Notes under the pieces: model-generated
Database searches by the model: none
Told to the model about the DNA's origin: nothing
The model's input: only the letters and a program-made list of their open reading frames with translations
Source: Candidatus Latescibacterota bacterium
GTDB lineage: Bacteria; Krumholzibacteriota; Krumholzibacteriia; WVZY01; JAKEHA01
Assembly: GCA_963707635.1 (NCBI GenBank)
Contig: OY970173.1
Coordinates: 32,001-96,000 of the forward strand
DNA: 64,000 nt
Direction of reading: 5' to 3'
Made by a program: the position numbers and the translations under genes
In this document: positions 39,635 through 49,828 of the stretch, piece by piece
Layout of the letters: each line of letters starts with the position of its first letter
How positions within the stretch are numbered: the first letter of the stretch is position 1

Positions 39635-39759
39635 GCGCGTCTCGATCGAGAGACCCGCGCGTGCCGGAGGCAAGAAGCGCTGTCGCGGCAGTTCTTGCCG
39701 GGCGCACCCCCGAGGTTACGCGGCGCCGCTGGAACAAGTCTTGCGGGTTGCCGGCCGCA

Positions 39760-41499
39760 ATGGCTCCCGTCGGTCCGGACGATCCCACTCTGCTGGAACG
39801 CGTTGAGCGCCTGGAGCGCGTGGTCGAAGGCCTGCTCGAACGCGACTCGAGCTCACGGGCTGCGCTCGCCGACGCTCGGCCCACGCCTCCGCCCGCTCTC
39901 GAATCGCGGGGCGGGCCGCCGCGCGCTGCAACGCCGTCTGCGCCGCCGCGTCCCGTCGCGCCGATGCCCGCGCATCGTTCCGCCCAGGTGGCAGCGATGG
40001 ATCTTCGCTCGGTGCTGCGCGTGGTCGGTATCGCGCTACTCTTGTTCGGCGTCGCGTTCCTGTTCAAGTACTCCCAGGACGAGTCGGAATGGCTCCGCAG
40101 CCTGCGCGTTCTGATTGGCATCGGGCTCGGAGTCAGCCTCACCATCGCCGGTCGCGTGCTGCTCGGACGTGACCGGCCGTTCGCACAGATTCTCACCGGC
40201 GGCGGCATTGCGACGTGGTTCATGTCGGGCTTCGCCGCGTACCAGCTCTTCGGTCTGATCGGGGCGGTTACCGGCTTCGCGTACATGGCGACGGTGACGA
40301 CCGCGGCCTTCGCGATCTCGGTTCGACAGAACTCGCTGGCCCTGACGATCGTCGCCACCATCGGGGGGCTGGCCACGCCGTTCCTGCTCTACGACCCGAC
40401 GCGAAGCGTGTGGGGCGTGTCGCTCTACGTGGTCACCGTCGCGTCGGCCGCGCTCGCGATTCATCGCCGGCGCGGCTGGTGGGCGCTCCTGTGGATCGCC
40501 GCTGCCGGATCCTGCTATGCCGTGTCCGCCACGGTCGTGTACTACTTCACGCCAACGACGCCGCACAGCGAACGCGTCGTGCTGCAAGGCGCGCTATTGT
40601 TCCTCTACGGCTTGTTCGCTCTCTCGACCGCTGCCGGATATGTTCGCGGGGTGCGCGCGGGCGAGTCCGGTGACGCGTACGATACCCGCCTGTTCCTGGT
40701 GACGCTGATCCCCGTCGGCACGGTCGCCCTGACGCACACGATCTGGAGGCTCGATCAGGAGCAGCTGGGCCAGTTGTGCCTCCTCTTCGCGTTGGTTTAT
40801 CTTGGTGCAACCGTCGTCCGTTTCCCACGCGACGAGCTGGGCCGGTTGATCAACGCCTATCTCTTGCTGGCGTCGGGATTCGCGACCGTCGGCGCGCTCG
40901 CGCTCGTAGACGGCGAGATGCAGCATCTTGCCGTTGCGACCGAGGCGTTGCTCCTGCGACGCCTCACACTTCGGTCGAAGCGCGTTTCCATCGCGAACGC
41001 GATCTCGCACGGGCTATTCGGGATATGCGCGCTGCTGGTGCTGCGCGACCTCGTGGTCGACCACTCGCCGAATGTTCCCCTGTTCAATCGAACCGGGGTC
41101 ACGACGCTGTGGTCGATCGTCGCGGCGACGATCGCGGCTCTCTCGCTGCCGCGCGAAAAAGGGCGGATTCGCCGCTTCTACCTGTACGCGGCGCACGTCC
41201 TGATTCTGGCGTGGATCCTCCGCGAGTTCGCCGCGGTTGCCAGCGGCCAAGCGATCGTGACGATCATCTGGGGTGGGTATGGGGTGACGCTGCTGATCGC
41301 AGGACTCCGACGCACCAGCCGGCCGATGCGCACCGTCGGGTTCTTGACCCTGCTCGCCGTTGTCACCAAGCTCTTCGCCGTCGACCTCGCGTCGGTGCGC
41401 GCGATCTGGCGCGTCCTTCTCTTCATTGGATTCGGTGGCGTTTTCCTGTCGCTCAGCTACTGGTTCCTCACCCTGGATCGCGGCGCGCGGAAGCAATAG
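39760..41499 (+). CDS. DUF2339-family multi-pass membrane protein
   Basis: LERVERLE coiled coil, Pro-rich linker, GIALLLFGVAFLFKYS, GGLATPFLL, KLFAVDLA....WRVLLFIGFG. Confidence 0.88.
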   Translation: MAPVGPDDPTLLERVERLERVVEGLLERDSSSRAALADARPTPPPALESRGGPPRAATPSAPPRPVAPMPAHRSAQVAAMDLRSVLRVVGIALLLFGVAFLFKYSQDESEWLRSLRVLIGIGLGVSLTIAGRVLLGRDRPFAQILTGGGIATWFMSGFAAYQLFGLIGAVTGFAYMATVTTAAFAISVRQNSLALTIVATIGGLATPFLLYDPTRSVWGVSLYVVTVASAALAIHRRRGWWALLWIAAAGSCYAVSATVVYYFTPTTPHSERVVLQGALLFLYGLFALSTAAGYVRGVRAGESGDAYDTRLFLVTLIPVGTVALTHTIWRLDQEQLGQLCLLFALVYLGATVVRFPRDELGRLINAYLLLASGFATVGALALVDGEMQHLAVATEALLLRRLTLRSKRVSIANAISHGLFGICALLVLRDLVVDHSPNVPLFNRTGVTTLWSIVAATIAALSLPREKGRIRRFYLYAAHVLILAWILREFAAVASGQAIVTIIWGGYGVTLLIAGLRRTSRPMRTVGFLTLLAVVTKLFAVDLASVRAIWRVLLFIGFGGVFLSLSYWFLTLDRGARKQ

Positions 41500-41505
41500 G
41501 GGCCT

Positions 41506-41876
41506 GCCATTCTTGGCCACGTCCTGCTGGTCGTAGGCACGGCGGGGGCAAACGGAATAGTGGAAGCGCGGTATTCCATTGCCGGCAGCGGCCCGGCTGC
41601 TCACGTCGGCTGGCGTCGGGCAGTAGCGTGCCGATATTGATTCATCAAGCCCTCGCCCAGGATTCTGTCTGCTTCGAGTTGATTGTGGCGCGCGCAGAGG
41701 AGCCGAAGATTGCTCGCGTGGCTTGTCCCGTCCCGCGCGACCGGCGTGATGTGATCGACCTGAAGAGTGCGCGTCTCACCGCCTGGCCGCTCCCCGCGAC
41801 ATACGTTCTCGCGCGCCTTCTGGTCCCAGAAATTGCGCATAGACGCGGAGGTGGATTCGGGGTCACGCGGCGGCAT
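41506..41876 (-). pseudogene. Relic methyltransferase 5' end interrupted by an HNH endonuclease fragment
   Basis: MPP...SMRNFWDQKAREN and RAYDQQD match the N-terminus of the 49789 gene; the ~255 bp between them encode LQVDHITPVARDGTSHASNLRLLCARHN. Confidence 0.7.
41546..41566 (+). repeat. 21-nt direct repeat GGGCAAACGGAATAGTGGAAG (other copy 39600-39620)
   Basis: Exact match; the two copies flank the DUF2339 gene. Confidence 0.85.
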
Positions 41877-41979
41877 GCCGCTATTTTTACCACGAGCACA
41901 ACGCGTTCACATCAGGGAGGGTTGCCGGACCCGGGGGCGGATGAGTCCGGCAACCCGGAGAACCCTGACTTCTCAGCAA

Positions 41980-44647
41980 CTACTTGAGCAACACCATCTT
42001 CCTCGTTTCGTTGAACTCTCCGGCGCGCATCCGGTAGAAGTACACACCCGACGCCACGCGCTGGCCGCGATCGTCGTCGCCGTTCCACTGCACCGACCAC
42101 GTGCCTGCGCTGCGATGCTCGTCGACCAGCTCGCGCACCATGCGACCCGCCACGTCGTAGATCGTGATGTTGACGTCTGCGCCGCCCTCTGGAATGTCGT
42201 ACGCGATCGTGGTGATCGGATTGAACGGGTTGGGCACGTTGGGATGTAGCGCGAACGACGTCGGGACAGGCGGAGCGCCGATCCCGGTGGGCGTCAGTGT
42301 CGCAATCACGAATGGCGACAGCGTCGCCACGTGGCCGCAGATCACGTTGTTCACCAGATCCCGCGTCGTCGTGACGTCCACCCACGCCGAACCGTCGTAG
42401 TGCGCGATGACGAGATTCCCCTCCGGGCCCGGGATGTTGTTCTCGTCGTAGAACAAGCACACGTCGACACCTCCCGTGTACGAGGCGTCTGTCGTCACAT
42501 CGAAGTAGATCGACGGATCGTTCGGGTTGCCGACCGTAAAGTTCGACGACACCGGCACAGGCGGCGTGAACGGGTTCACCACGAAGGTGTTGCCGGGGCT
42601 GCTTACGTCACCGTATGTCGCGCTTCCTCGAACGTTTCCATTTGCGTCCACGAGATCGACGAGAACACTCGAGCCTACAGGGGTGTTCTCGGAAAGAATG
42701 CAAAATGACAGCTCCGACGTACTGCCGCTCGCGTTGGTCGCGGTGGCCACGATGTAATTCGCAGGGGGAATCGGTTGCGCGGGTGTGAAGGTAAACGAAG
42801 CAGTCCCGCCCCCGTCCGTATTGACTACAATTTCCCCCATGTAGATTTCCGCGTTGCATGAGCTAAAGCTTTGCGGAGATCGGTAAAAATTGAGCGTGAT
42901 GGACTCGCTGAACCCCCCGTGCATGATCCCCGAGACCTGGTTGCCACTTGCCGCCGAGACATCGGGGAAGTTCTGCAAGTAGTTGGCTCCAAAATCGAAG
43001 TCAAGGAAGTCGTTGATCGTGATGCCGTCCTGGCCAAGGTCGATCCCTTGAGCGGCGATGTGGTGCATTGAATTGCCCACAATCCGATTGTCAACTGAGT
43101 AGGGGTCCGAGACTACGACCCCATAGTCGCCATACGCAATCACGTTGGCTTCTCCGGGGTTCGCGGAACCGATGTGGTTGGATTGCGCGCCGCCCAGGAG
43201 CATGACTCCGATGTCGTTCCCCAGGGATGTGGACGCATCTGCGCCGATTCCGATGTAATTGCCGTAGATCCCGACGCCGTCGGCCCCGTCCACTCGCACG
43301 CCGTAAACGCTCCACCCAATCACGTTGCGGCTGGCTGGCGCTGCACCCCCCACCACACACCCGTCGGATTCGATCAAGACACCGGTCAGGTTCCCGTTGC
43401 CGGTAATCCCCGACGCGTCCATGCCGATGTAGCTGCCCTCCACGACGACGCCGGGCGAGCTGACTCGGATTGCTGCTCCCGCCCACCCATGGGTCGAGAG
43501 TCCGCGTACCACTCCGGGCGACTGGAACACCAGGCCATCCGGGGAGCCCGCAAACGGCCCCCAAAGACTGACCTCTATTTGCGCGTCCAACGGTTCACCG
43601 ACGGGATTGGTGTTGGGCGATGCCCCGGGCTGAGTAAATCCATCAATGATCAGCTGATGGGTAATCACCGGCAGGGCCGACAAGAGCGTGATCATGTGCG
43701 GACCGGGACCGGGGATATCAAACGAAATGGCCCCCGCCTCTGGGGAAGAGCCATGGACAAGCATCGCCCGCCTCAAGGTGCCACTCGTGTTGGTGTCGGC
43801 GGTGCTGGTCACCTTGTAGATGTGCCCGACCGTGCGGCTTACGCAAACGTTGTCGATGAGGGGCGCGTGCGAATGGCACGCTCCGCCGGGGCCCCAGGTC
43901 CACGCCATGTCCTTGACACCGACTGCCACCTGCACGTCCGTGGCACCGCCCGGAATCGGGACGACGAACCCAGCAAGATTGTTTCGAAACCAGACCTTCG
44001 CCGCCGAATAGTAGGCGTAACCGTCGTCCATCCACGCAGTCGGCACGCCGGCGACCATGAAACGAACCTTCCAGACATAGAACACCAGGTTGGCCAGCGG
44101 CAGATCCATGTACGCATCAAACGTGAGTGTCAACTGATCGAACTCTGCCGGTACCGGCACACCGTCCTTGTCGTCCGCGAGCGGTATCCATTTGGACGCG
44201 ACCTCGTTATGGATGTAGTCGCTATAGGAATGCGACCCCGGATTGGTGGTCTTCGGAACCGCCAGCTGGCTCGGGTAGCCACCGCACCCGTAGTCATCCG
44301 GAGAGTTCTTGTAGAACGACCAGAAATGCCCGTCGTTGAAGTAAGCGGGGTCCTCCTGCACAACCGAGGCGCCCGACACCAGGTCTGCGTATAGTCCGAA
44401 GCCTGACGAGTCCACCGCCACCCATCCTTCCGTGGAGGGACCGCCGACGCCGTCTTCGAAGGTGTATTCCTTCAGTATGCGCCCGAGTGAGGCCGGGGGG
44501 ACCTCGCACGGCGGCAAGCCCGGGATCTGGGGGTTAGCAGCGCGTGAGGGACTCGGATCTGGATTGTACTTCGACCTGAAACGGTTCGAGCTGCTTTGAG
44601 AACGCGAGCACAGGGAGAATCAGAACCGCGAAGAACAAGGCCTTCAT
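41980..44647 (-). CDS. Secreted protein A: unique N-domain, right-handed beta-helix, beta-sandwich, FlgD/T9SS-like CTD (frameshift ~44580)
   Basis: Signal peptide MKALFFAVLIL at ATG 44647; [29 protein letters not shown] repeats, [16 protein letters not shown]...KMVLLK. Confidence 0.85.
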
Positions 44648-44757
44648 GGCGGACCCCCTTTGGGAGCCTGGCAGCGGCTGGCGCTGCGTGGTCGTAGGAA
44701 ATTGATGAGGAATCCAGGGGCCCGGACAGCGCCGACGCCGCCCGGGCGGAAGGACTC

Positions 44758-44793
44758 GATCTATTGGACGAAAACGCGGAGCCGAATCACACG
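44758..44793 (-). promoter_or_regulatory. Candidate ECF-sigma promoter of gene A
   Basis: CGTGT-N18-CGTCCAATAGATC. Confidence 0.65.
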
Positions 44794-44827
44794 CCCGAGA
44801 AGAGAAATTTCTTCAATCCGCCGGCAG

Positions 44828-45493
44828 CTATCGGATTCGAATGGATCCGGGTTCGGAGACCTCGATGGTGTCCCCCGCCTGGAGCGCATACACCCGCCAC
44901 ATGAGATCGAGGCTGGGTGGTAGGTCCGACGGCAACAGCGACCGATCGATCACGACCGACGTCTCCGCGACAGCGGGATGGCGGTAGATCTCCGTCAGGC
45001 CCGGGCCGTAGATGCGAACCTGGTACGCATCCGCGCCGGGAACAGGGGCCCAGGAAAGGTGAATGGATCCGTCGGAGCGTACCTCGGCGGGCGGAAGGGC
45101 CCCGGACTGTGTGGCCGATCCGCTGCGCAAGAGAATGCCTTCCGGTCCACGCGACTGCTGCCATACCACGACGGCGAAGACCGCAACCGCCCCGGCTGCA
45201 ATAAGCGGAGCTGGGCGCAGGAGCCCGCGCAACCGAATCGAAAAACTCGCAGATGACCGCCGCGACTCGGGCGGGCGCTTCTCGCCCACCTTCGAGGCAA
45301 TCAACGCATCCAGCGTCCGGCGCGCGGTCTCGGTGTCGAACCCGGCCACCGGTTCGGCGCGAAGAAACTCATGATAGGACCGCCAGAGGTTCCGACAACG
45401 AGGACAGTCCTCGACATGCCGCCGCATCGGGTGATCCGCCGCCAGTTCGGCAACTTCACCGATTGTCTCGCTCTCAATGCATCGAGTCTCCAA
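44828..45493 (-). CDS. Zinc-binding (ZAS) anti-sigma factor, single TM, periplasmic FN3-like domain
   Basis: HVEDCPRC (HxxxCxxC), TM PLIAAGAVAVFAVVVW, LSWAPVPGADAYQVRIY; directly downstream of the sigma gene. Confidence 0.85.
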   Translation of the reverse strand: METRCIESETIGEVAELAADHPMRRHVEDCPRCRNLWRSYHEFLRAEPVAGFDTETARRTLDALIASKVGEKRPPESRRSSASFSIRLRGLLRPAPLIAAGAVAVFAVVVWQQSRGPEGILLRSGSATQSGALPPAEVRSDGSIHLSWAPVPGADAYQVRIYGPGLTEIYRHPAVAETSVVIDRSLLPSDLPPSLDLMWRVYALQAGDTIEVSEPGSIRIR

Positions 45494-45508
45494 TTGAGTC
45501 TCCTTCCA

Positions 45509-46066
45509 TCAAATTCCGCGGTCGATGGCGGCGCGGAGCTTTCTGCGCGCGCGCTGGAGGACGGCCCGCGCGCCGGATGCGCCATCGATACTCAACATCG
45601 CCGTGATCGCTTCCAGGCCCATTCGTTCGAAACACCGCAGCCAGATGACATCCTGTTCCAGCGGCTCCAGTTCGGTCCGGATCATCTGAAGGAGGCGTTC
45701 CTCGTCTTCGTCCTGCTCCACCGTCACATCCGCGAGTGGCACCGGATCGGGGACATCATCCGGGACGTCTTCGTCCGCAAGGAGTTCAACCCGCCGGCCG
45801 GAGTCGATGCAGCGGTTCCGCGTGACGGTGAAGACCCACGAGGAGAACTTCGACCGTCCCTCGAACGAGCCGACCCGCTTCCACACGGTCAAGAGCACTT
45901 CCTGCGACAGATCCAAGGCGCGTTCCGGGTCGCGGGTGTAGCGCAGGCACCAAAAGTACACCGCGTCGCGGTAACGACGCAGGAGCTCCTCCACCGCTTC
46001 GCGCCGTCGCGCCTCGTCAGGGTCGTTTCGGGCGACCCGGAGCAGGTCGTCGTCCGGGCCCCTCAC
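45509..46066 (-). CDS. ECF RNA polymerase sigma factor
   Basis: Region 2 ALDLSQEVLL...FEGRSKFSSWVFTVTRNRCID and region 4 HTH. Start GTG 46066 (alternative ATG 46084). Confidence 0.92.
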   Translation of the reverse strand: MRGPDDDLLRVARNDPDEARRREAVEELLRRYRDAVYFWCLRYTRDPERALDLSQEVLLTVWKRVGSFEGRSKFSSWVFTVTRNRCIDSGRRVELLADEDVPDDVPDPVPLADVTVEQDEDEERLLQMIRTELEPLEQDVIWLRCFERMGLEAITAMLSIDGASGARAVLQRARRKLRAAIDRGI

Positions 46067-46069
46067 TTG

Positions 46070-46101
46070 ATTAGACGCAGCCATCTTCTCGGGTTCACAC
46101 G
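46070..46101 (-). promoter_or_regulatory. Candidate autoregulatory ECF promoter of the sigma gene
   Basis: CGTGT-N19-CGTCTAAT (also reads GAAC-N16-GTCTAA), 3 nt before the GTG start. Confidence 0.65.
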
Positions 46102-49014
46102 CGATTTGGGTCGGAATACAAGTTATCCACGCGACGTGGGCGCCGCCTCCGCACGACCGCCATGGTCGTGCCGGCAAGTGCCAGCGCCAGCAGGGCAAGA
46201 AGTGCCGGGCGGAGACGGGAAGCCCTTTCCACCCTTACCACCATCGAGCCATCCCCGACCACGGTGAAACCGGCCCAGTAGAATGGATGCGACACGGCCG
46301 CGGGTGCGCCGGGTGTCGAGCTGCGCAAGGCGGAGCGACGTCGCCACCGATTCGCCCTTCGCGAGGTGCTCATAGAAACAGCGCATCACCCGGGCCGTGG
46401 CGCGGTCGTCGATGGGCCAGAGGCTCGACACCACCACGGGGACTCCCGCGCTCATGAACGCGGCGGTGAGCCCGAGGACTCCCTCGCCGGTGGTGAGACG
46501 CCCACCCGCCGTCTCACAGCCGGCGAGCACGGTGAGCGTCATGGGGAGCGACAGCTTCGCGATCTGCCACGCGCGCACGAAGGGGTCGCCTCGAAACGCC
46601 CGCGCGACCAGTGCGGAATCGGCGGATGAGAGAATGGCCGTGGTATCGGCTGACGAACGGGTCGTTGTCGGGATCGATGCGATCCCGGAGTCCGCCGCTT
46701 CGGCGACTGCAACCAACCGCAGGCCGGACTGCCATGGGGACTGATCGACGATGAGCGCATGAGCGGCAACGTGAAGCACGTCGCACTCGGAGAGAACCAC
46801 CGCAAGCCCATCCGCGCCACCGACGAGTCCACGCACGCGGTGCACGCCGGCATAACGGGTCGAGAGCGCGCGAACCTCCGCGTCAGCGCCGGGCAGTCTC
46901 GATTCCGTCGATGCTTCGAGAGCGACAAGCCTCGCCGCACCGCCGCGCGATCGGGTTGGACGAGACCGCTGGAGTGAGAGCACGCTGGCGGATGGTATCT
47001 GCACGACGTCCTTCGTCTCCATGAGCAAGCGCGACGAGTCGCCAGGCATCAGCGTCCCGAACGGGATCGACGCGAAGAACCCGTCGGGCGCGACGAACAC
47101 ACGCTGCGCTTTCTCCACCAGGTCGACCACCTCGCCCATCACGGCCATGCCAATGTACTGCTGGATCGACGCCAGGCGCTCAGGCGGAAAATCCGCCTGC
47201 AAGGCCAGGTCGGCGCTTGCCATGGCGCGGTGGTAGAGGTCGATGCTCTCGGCGAGCGGCGAATCCGGCCCTGGGAGCTTGACGAGGCGCAGAGAGTCGG
47301 ACGTAACCGCCACCAGATACGATTCGGCGCTCCCGACGAATAGCTCGAGCAGCAACTCGCCGGGCCGGAGTACGCGGCCCTGCAGTTCATCGATCGTGGC
47401 AACTCGTTGGACGGTTGCCGGTTCCGTTTCGGTGCGCGGCTCGCTGATCCGGTCGAGAAGGCTTCGGGTCTTGAAGCGCTGCATGCAGTCGAAGAAAGCC
47501 CTCTCACGCACCGGCGTCGGGAGACCTTCCGGGTACTCGAGCAGCACTTGTCCGGCGTCCAGAACGTCGCGCGCATTGTCCTGGCCGAATGTTTCACGCC
47601 ATTCGGGCGTGTTGATTCCACGGCGTGCGGTTTCGAGGCTGTCGAGCCCGTCGACCAGCGACGCGTACGCCTCCGCCCTCCGACCCAGAGTGCGGTAGCA
47701 CACGCTCTCCCGCAGGCGGGCGGTCACGGCTACTCGTTGCGACGTCATGTTCTGCGCGCATTTGACCGCCCGGTGCGCGGATCGCAACGCCGCCTCCGGA
47801 TGGTTCGCCCGCTCGTGCAGACGCGACAGCAGCAGGTACGCAGCGGGTTCGGCCTCCGCGTAGACGTTCGCCCCGCTCGCTTCGAAGTTCTCAATTAGCA
47901 GCTCGATCGCCTGTGGAACACTGTCGTTGCTCGCGAGCACCCGGGCGAGCCCGATAACGGCCAGGTCCCTGTGCTGGGGTTCGAGCCGGTCTGTCACGGC
48001 CAGCAGCCGCCGATAGATGGTTCCGGCCGCATTGTACTTGCCCTCGGCGATTCGCAGATCGGCCAGGCTGACGTCCACCATGTTTGAGAACTCACCGCCT
48101 CCCCGCGTGCGGCACACGTCCTTCGCGTCGTTCAGAATCGCCTCCGCATGGGCGAAGTCGCCGAGCTCCTGGGCCCGCGCCGCCAGATTGAGGGCGGGAA
48201 TCACCATTCCGCGCGGAAAGCTGATCTCGCGCGCGATGTCGAGCGCCCTCTGAAAATACGCGGCGGCGCGGCCGGGATCACCGTTGGCCGACTCGAGGGT
48301 TCCGAGGTTGTTGACCGCCCACATCTCGTTCACGCGATCGCCGGCTTCGCAAGCGACGATCCATGCTTGCTGAAAGCAACGCTTCGCTTCCGCCTCGCTC
48401 CCGACTGCGTGCTCGACTCGACCCAGGCCGATCAGCGGTTCGACCGTCAGACGCGGGCTTCCACTTTGACGGAACAGTGTGATCGCGTGTCGGTACTCTG
48501 CTCCTGCCCTGGCGTTATCGCTGAGCAAGTGAGCACAGTAGGCGATAGCGCTCCGCGCCCATGCCTCGTCGATCGTGGAATGGACCTTCCTGGCTAGCAG
48601 CAAGCGCTTTTCAAAACAGCGCGTGGCATCGTCGTAGCGGGCCTCGCCCGTGTATACAAACCCCTTGTAGTGAACGGCCGGCATCCATCCGACGGTGTCG
48701 CGCGCCGCCTCCGCGATACGGATGGCGATGTCGATATCATGCTCGGCCTCGACTCGGCGACCGACCATGATGAGAACGCGGCCGCGCTGGGCGTACATGC
48801 GCCCCAGCAGGATCGAATCGCGCTCCGCTTCGGCGCGCTGGATGTATGCGGGGATCAGGCTGAGGATGGAATCATACCGGGAAGCGGTGAAGAGGTCATC
48901 GATACGGCGCCGGATTTCGGTCGTAGTGAGCCGTCCGGTTTCGCCCGCGGCAGGAACGGTGGGGGTTGCCAGAAGAACCAGGAGCACAGGGATTGCGGGA
49001 GGATGAATCCGCAT
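46095..49014 (-). CDS. TPR-CHAT (caspase-like) protease with signal peptide and C-terminal membrane anchor (frameshift ~46300)
   Basis: Hydrophobic N-terminus from ATG 49014; TPR repeats; VAPDG, VLHVAAHA (His), VLAGCETA (Cys), GEGVLGL, VSSLWPIDD; shifted frame gives HPFYWAGFTVVG, then a TM helix and RRRRPRR. Confidence 0.9.
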
Positions 49015-49019
49015 GATCG

Positions 49020-49789
49020 CTATGGCGAACTGGCCGTGATCCGACGTGCGAGCACCCAGGTGTACTGCGTCCCCTCTCCCAGGACGCGCTCGACCGCGCA
49101 TTCCTCCCGCCGCAGCGGCCGCGACCTGCGCGAGAGTCACGCGCGACCCCTGCCATGCCGGGTGTTCGAGGTCGCGCGGGCCGTTCGACACGGCGGCGGA
49201 GTGAACGATGTCGTGTCGACCCGAGCAACGTGCGTTTGAGTCGCCCGAGCGCCGCGCGCAGCGCCCCGAGTTGCGGCATCGTGTTCACCTGGAAATAGAA
49301 ACTCCCGCCGGGTCGCAGCACGCGCCCGGCGTCGCGGATGTACGTGAGCGTGACGTTTGCGTCTGGGATGTGCTGGAAGACGATATACGAGAACACGAAG
49401 TCGAAGCTCGCGTCGGGGTACGCCGAGAGGTCGACCCCGTTGCCGACGTCGAGGCGGACATTCGCGCAGGCATCGAGGTTCACTCTCGCCTGCCGGATCA
49501 TCTCTTCGGAAACATCGAGCCCGGTGACGTGGCCAAAGCGGCCGGCGAAGTACTTCGTCATGCGCCCGACGCCGCAGCCGATCTCGAGTAAACTTTCTTG
49601 CCCGGTGAACGGGAGGCCGGATTCGGTGAGGAACTTATCGGCGAGAATCCCGCCCCACTTCCAGAACTCGGCCGGATCCTGCTCGTCGTACGCGCGGTAC
49701 GACGAGATGTAGTACATCGCGTTCTCACGCGCCTTCTCGTCCCAGAAGGCGCGCATGGACGACGGGGGATCGGGGGCATGCGGCGGCAT
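49020..49789 (-). CDS. Class I SAM-dependent methyltransferase (frameshifts ~49215 and ~49095)
   Basis: LEIGCGVGR, GLDVSEEMI, FDFVFSYIVFQHIP, RVLRPGG; restored C-terminus ...GEGTQYTWVLARR...stop 49020. Confidence 0.88.
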
Positions 49790-49828
49790 GCCCCAAGATT
49801 AACACGGCGGAGAAACCGAGTCCTTACG

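Noticed and set aside
41601..41876. Functional HNH nuclease or toxin gene
   Set aside because: Only the C-terminal HNH core is present, fused to relic sequence; treated as a pseudogene.
44828..49014. Type III-E Craspase locus
   Set aside because: No Cas7-11, Csx30/31 or array; the CHAT protein has a signal peptide and a TM anchor.
49014..49191. Methyltransferase-CHAT fusion or extended CHAT N-terminus
   Set aside because: These codons are the frameshifted methyltransferase tail, which stops at 49020; CHAT starts at 49014 with a signal peptide.
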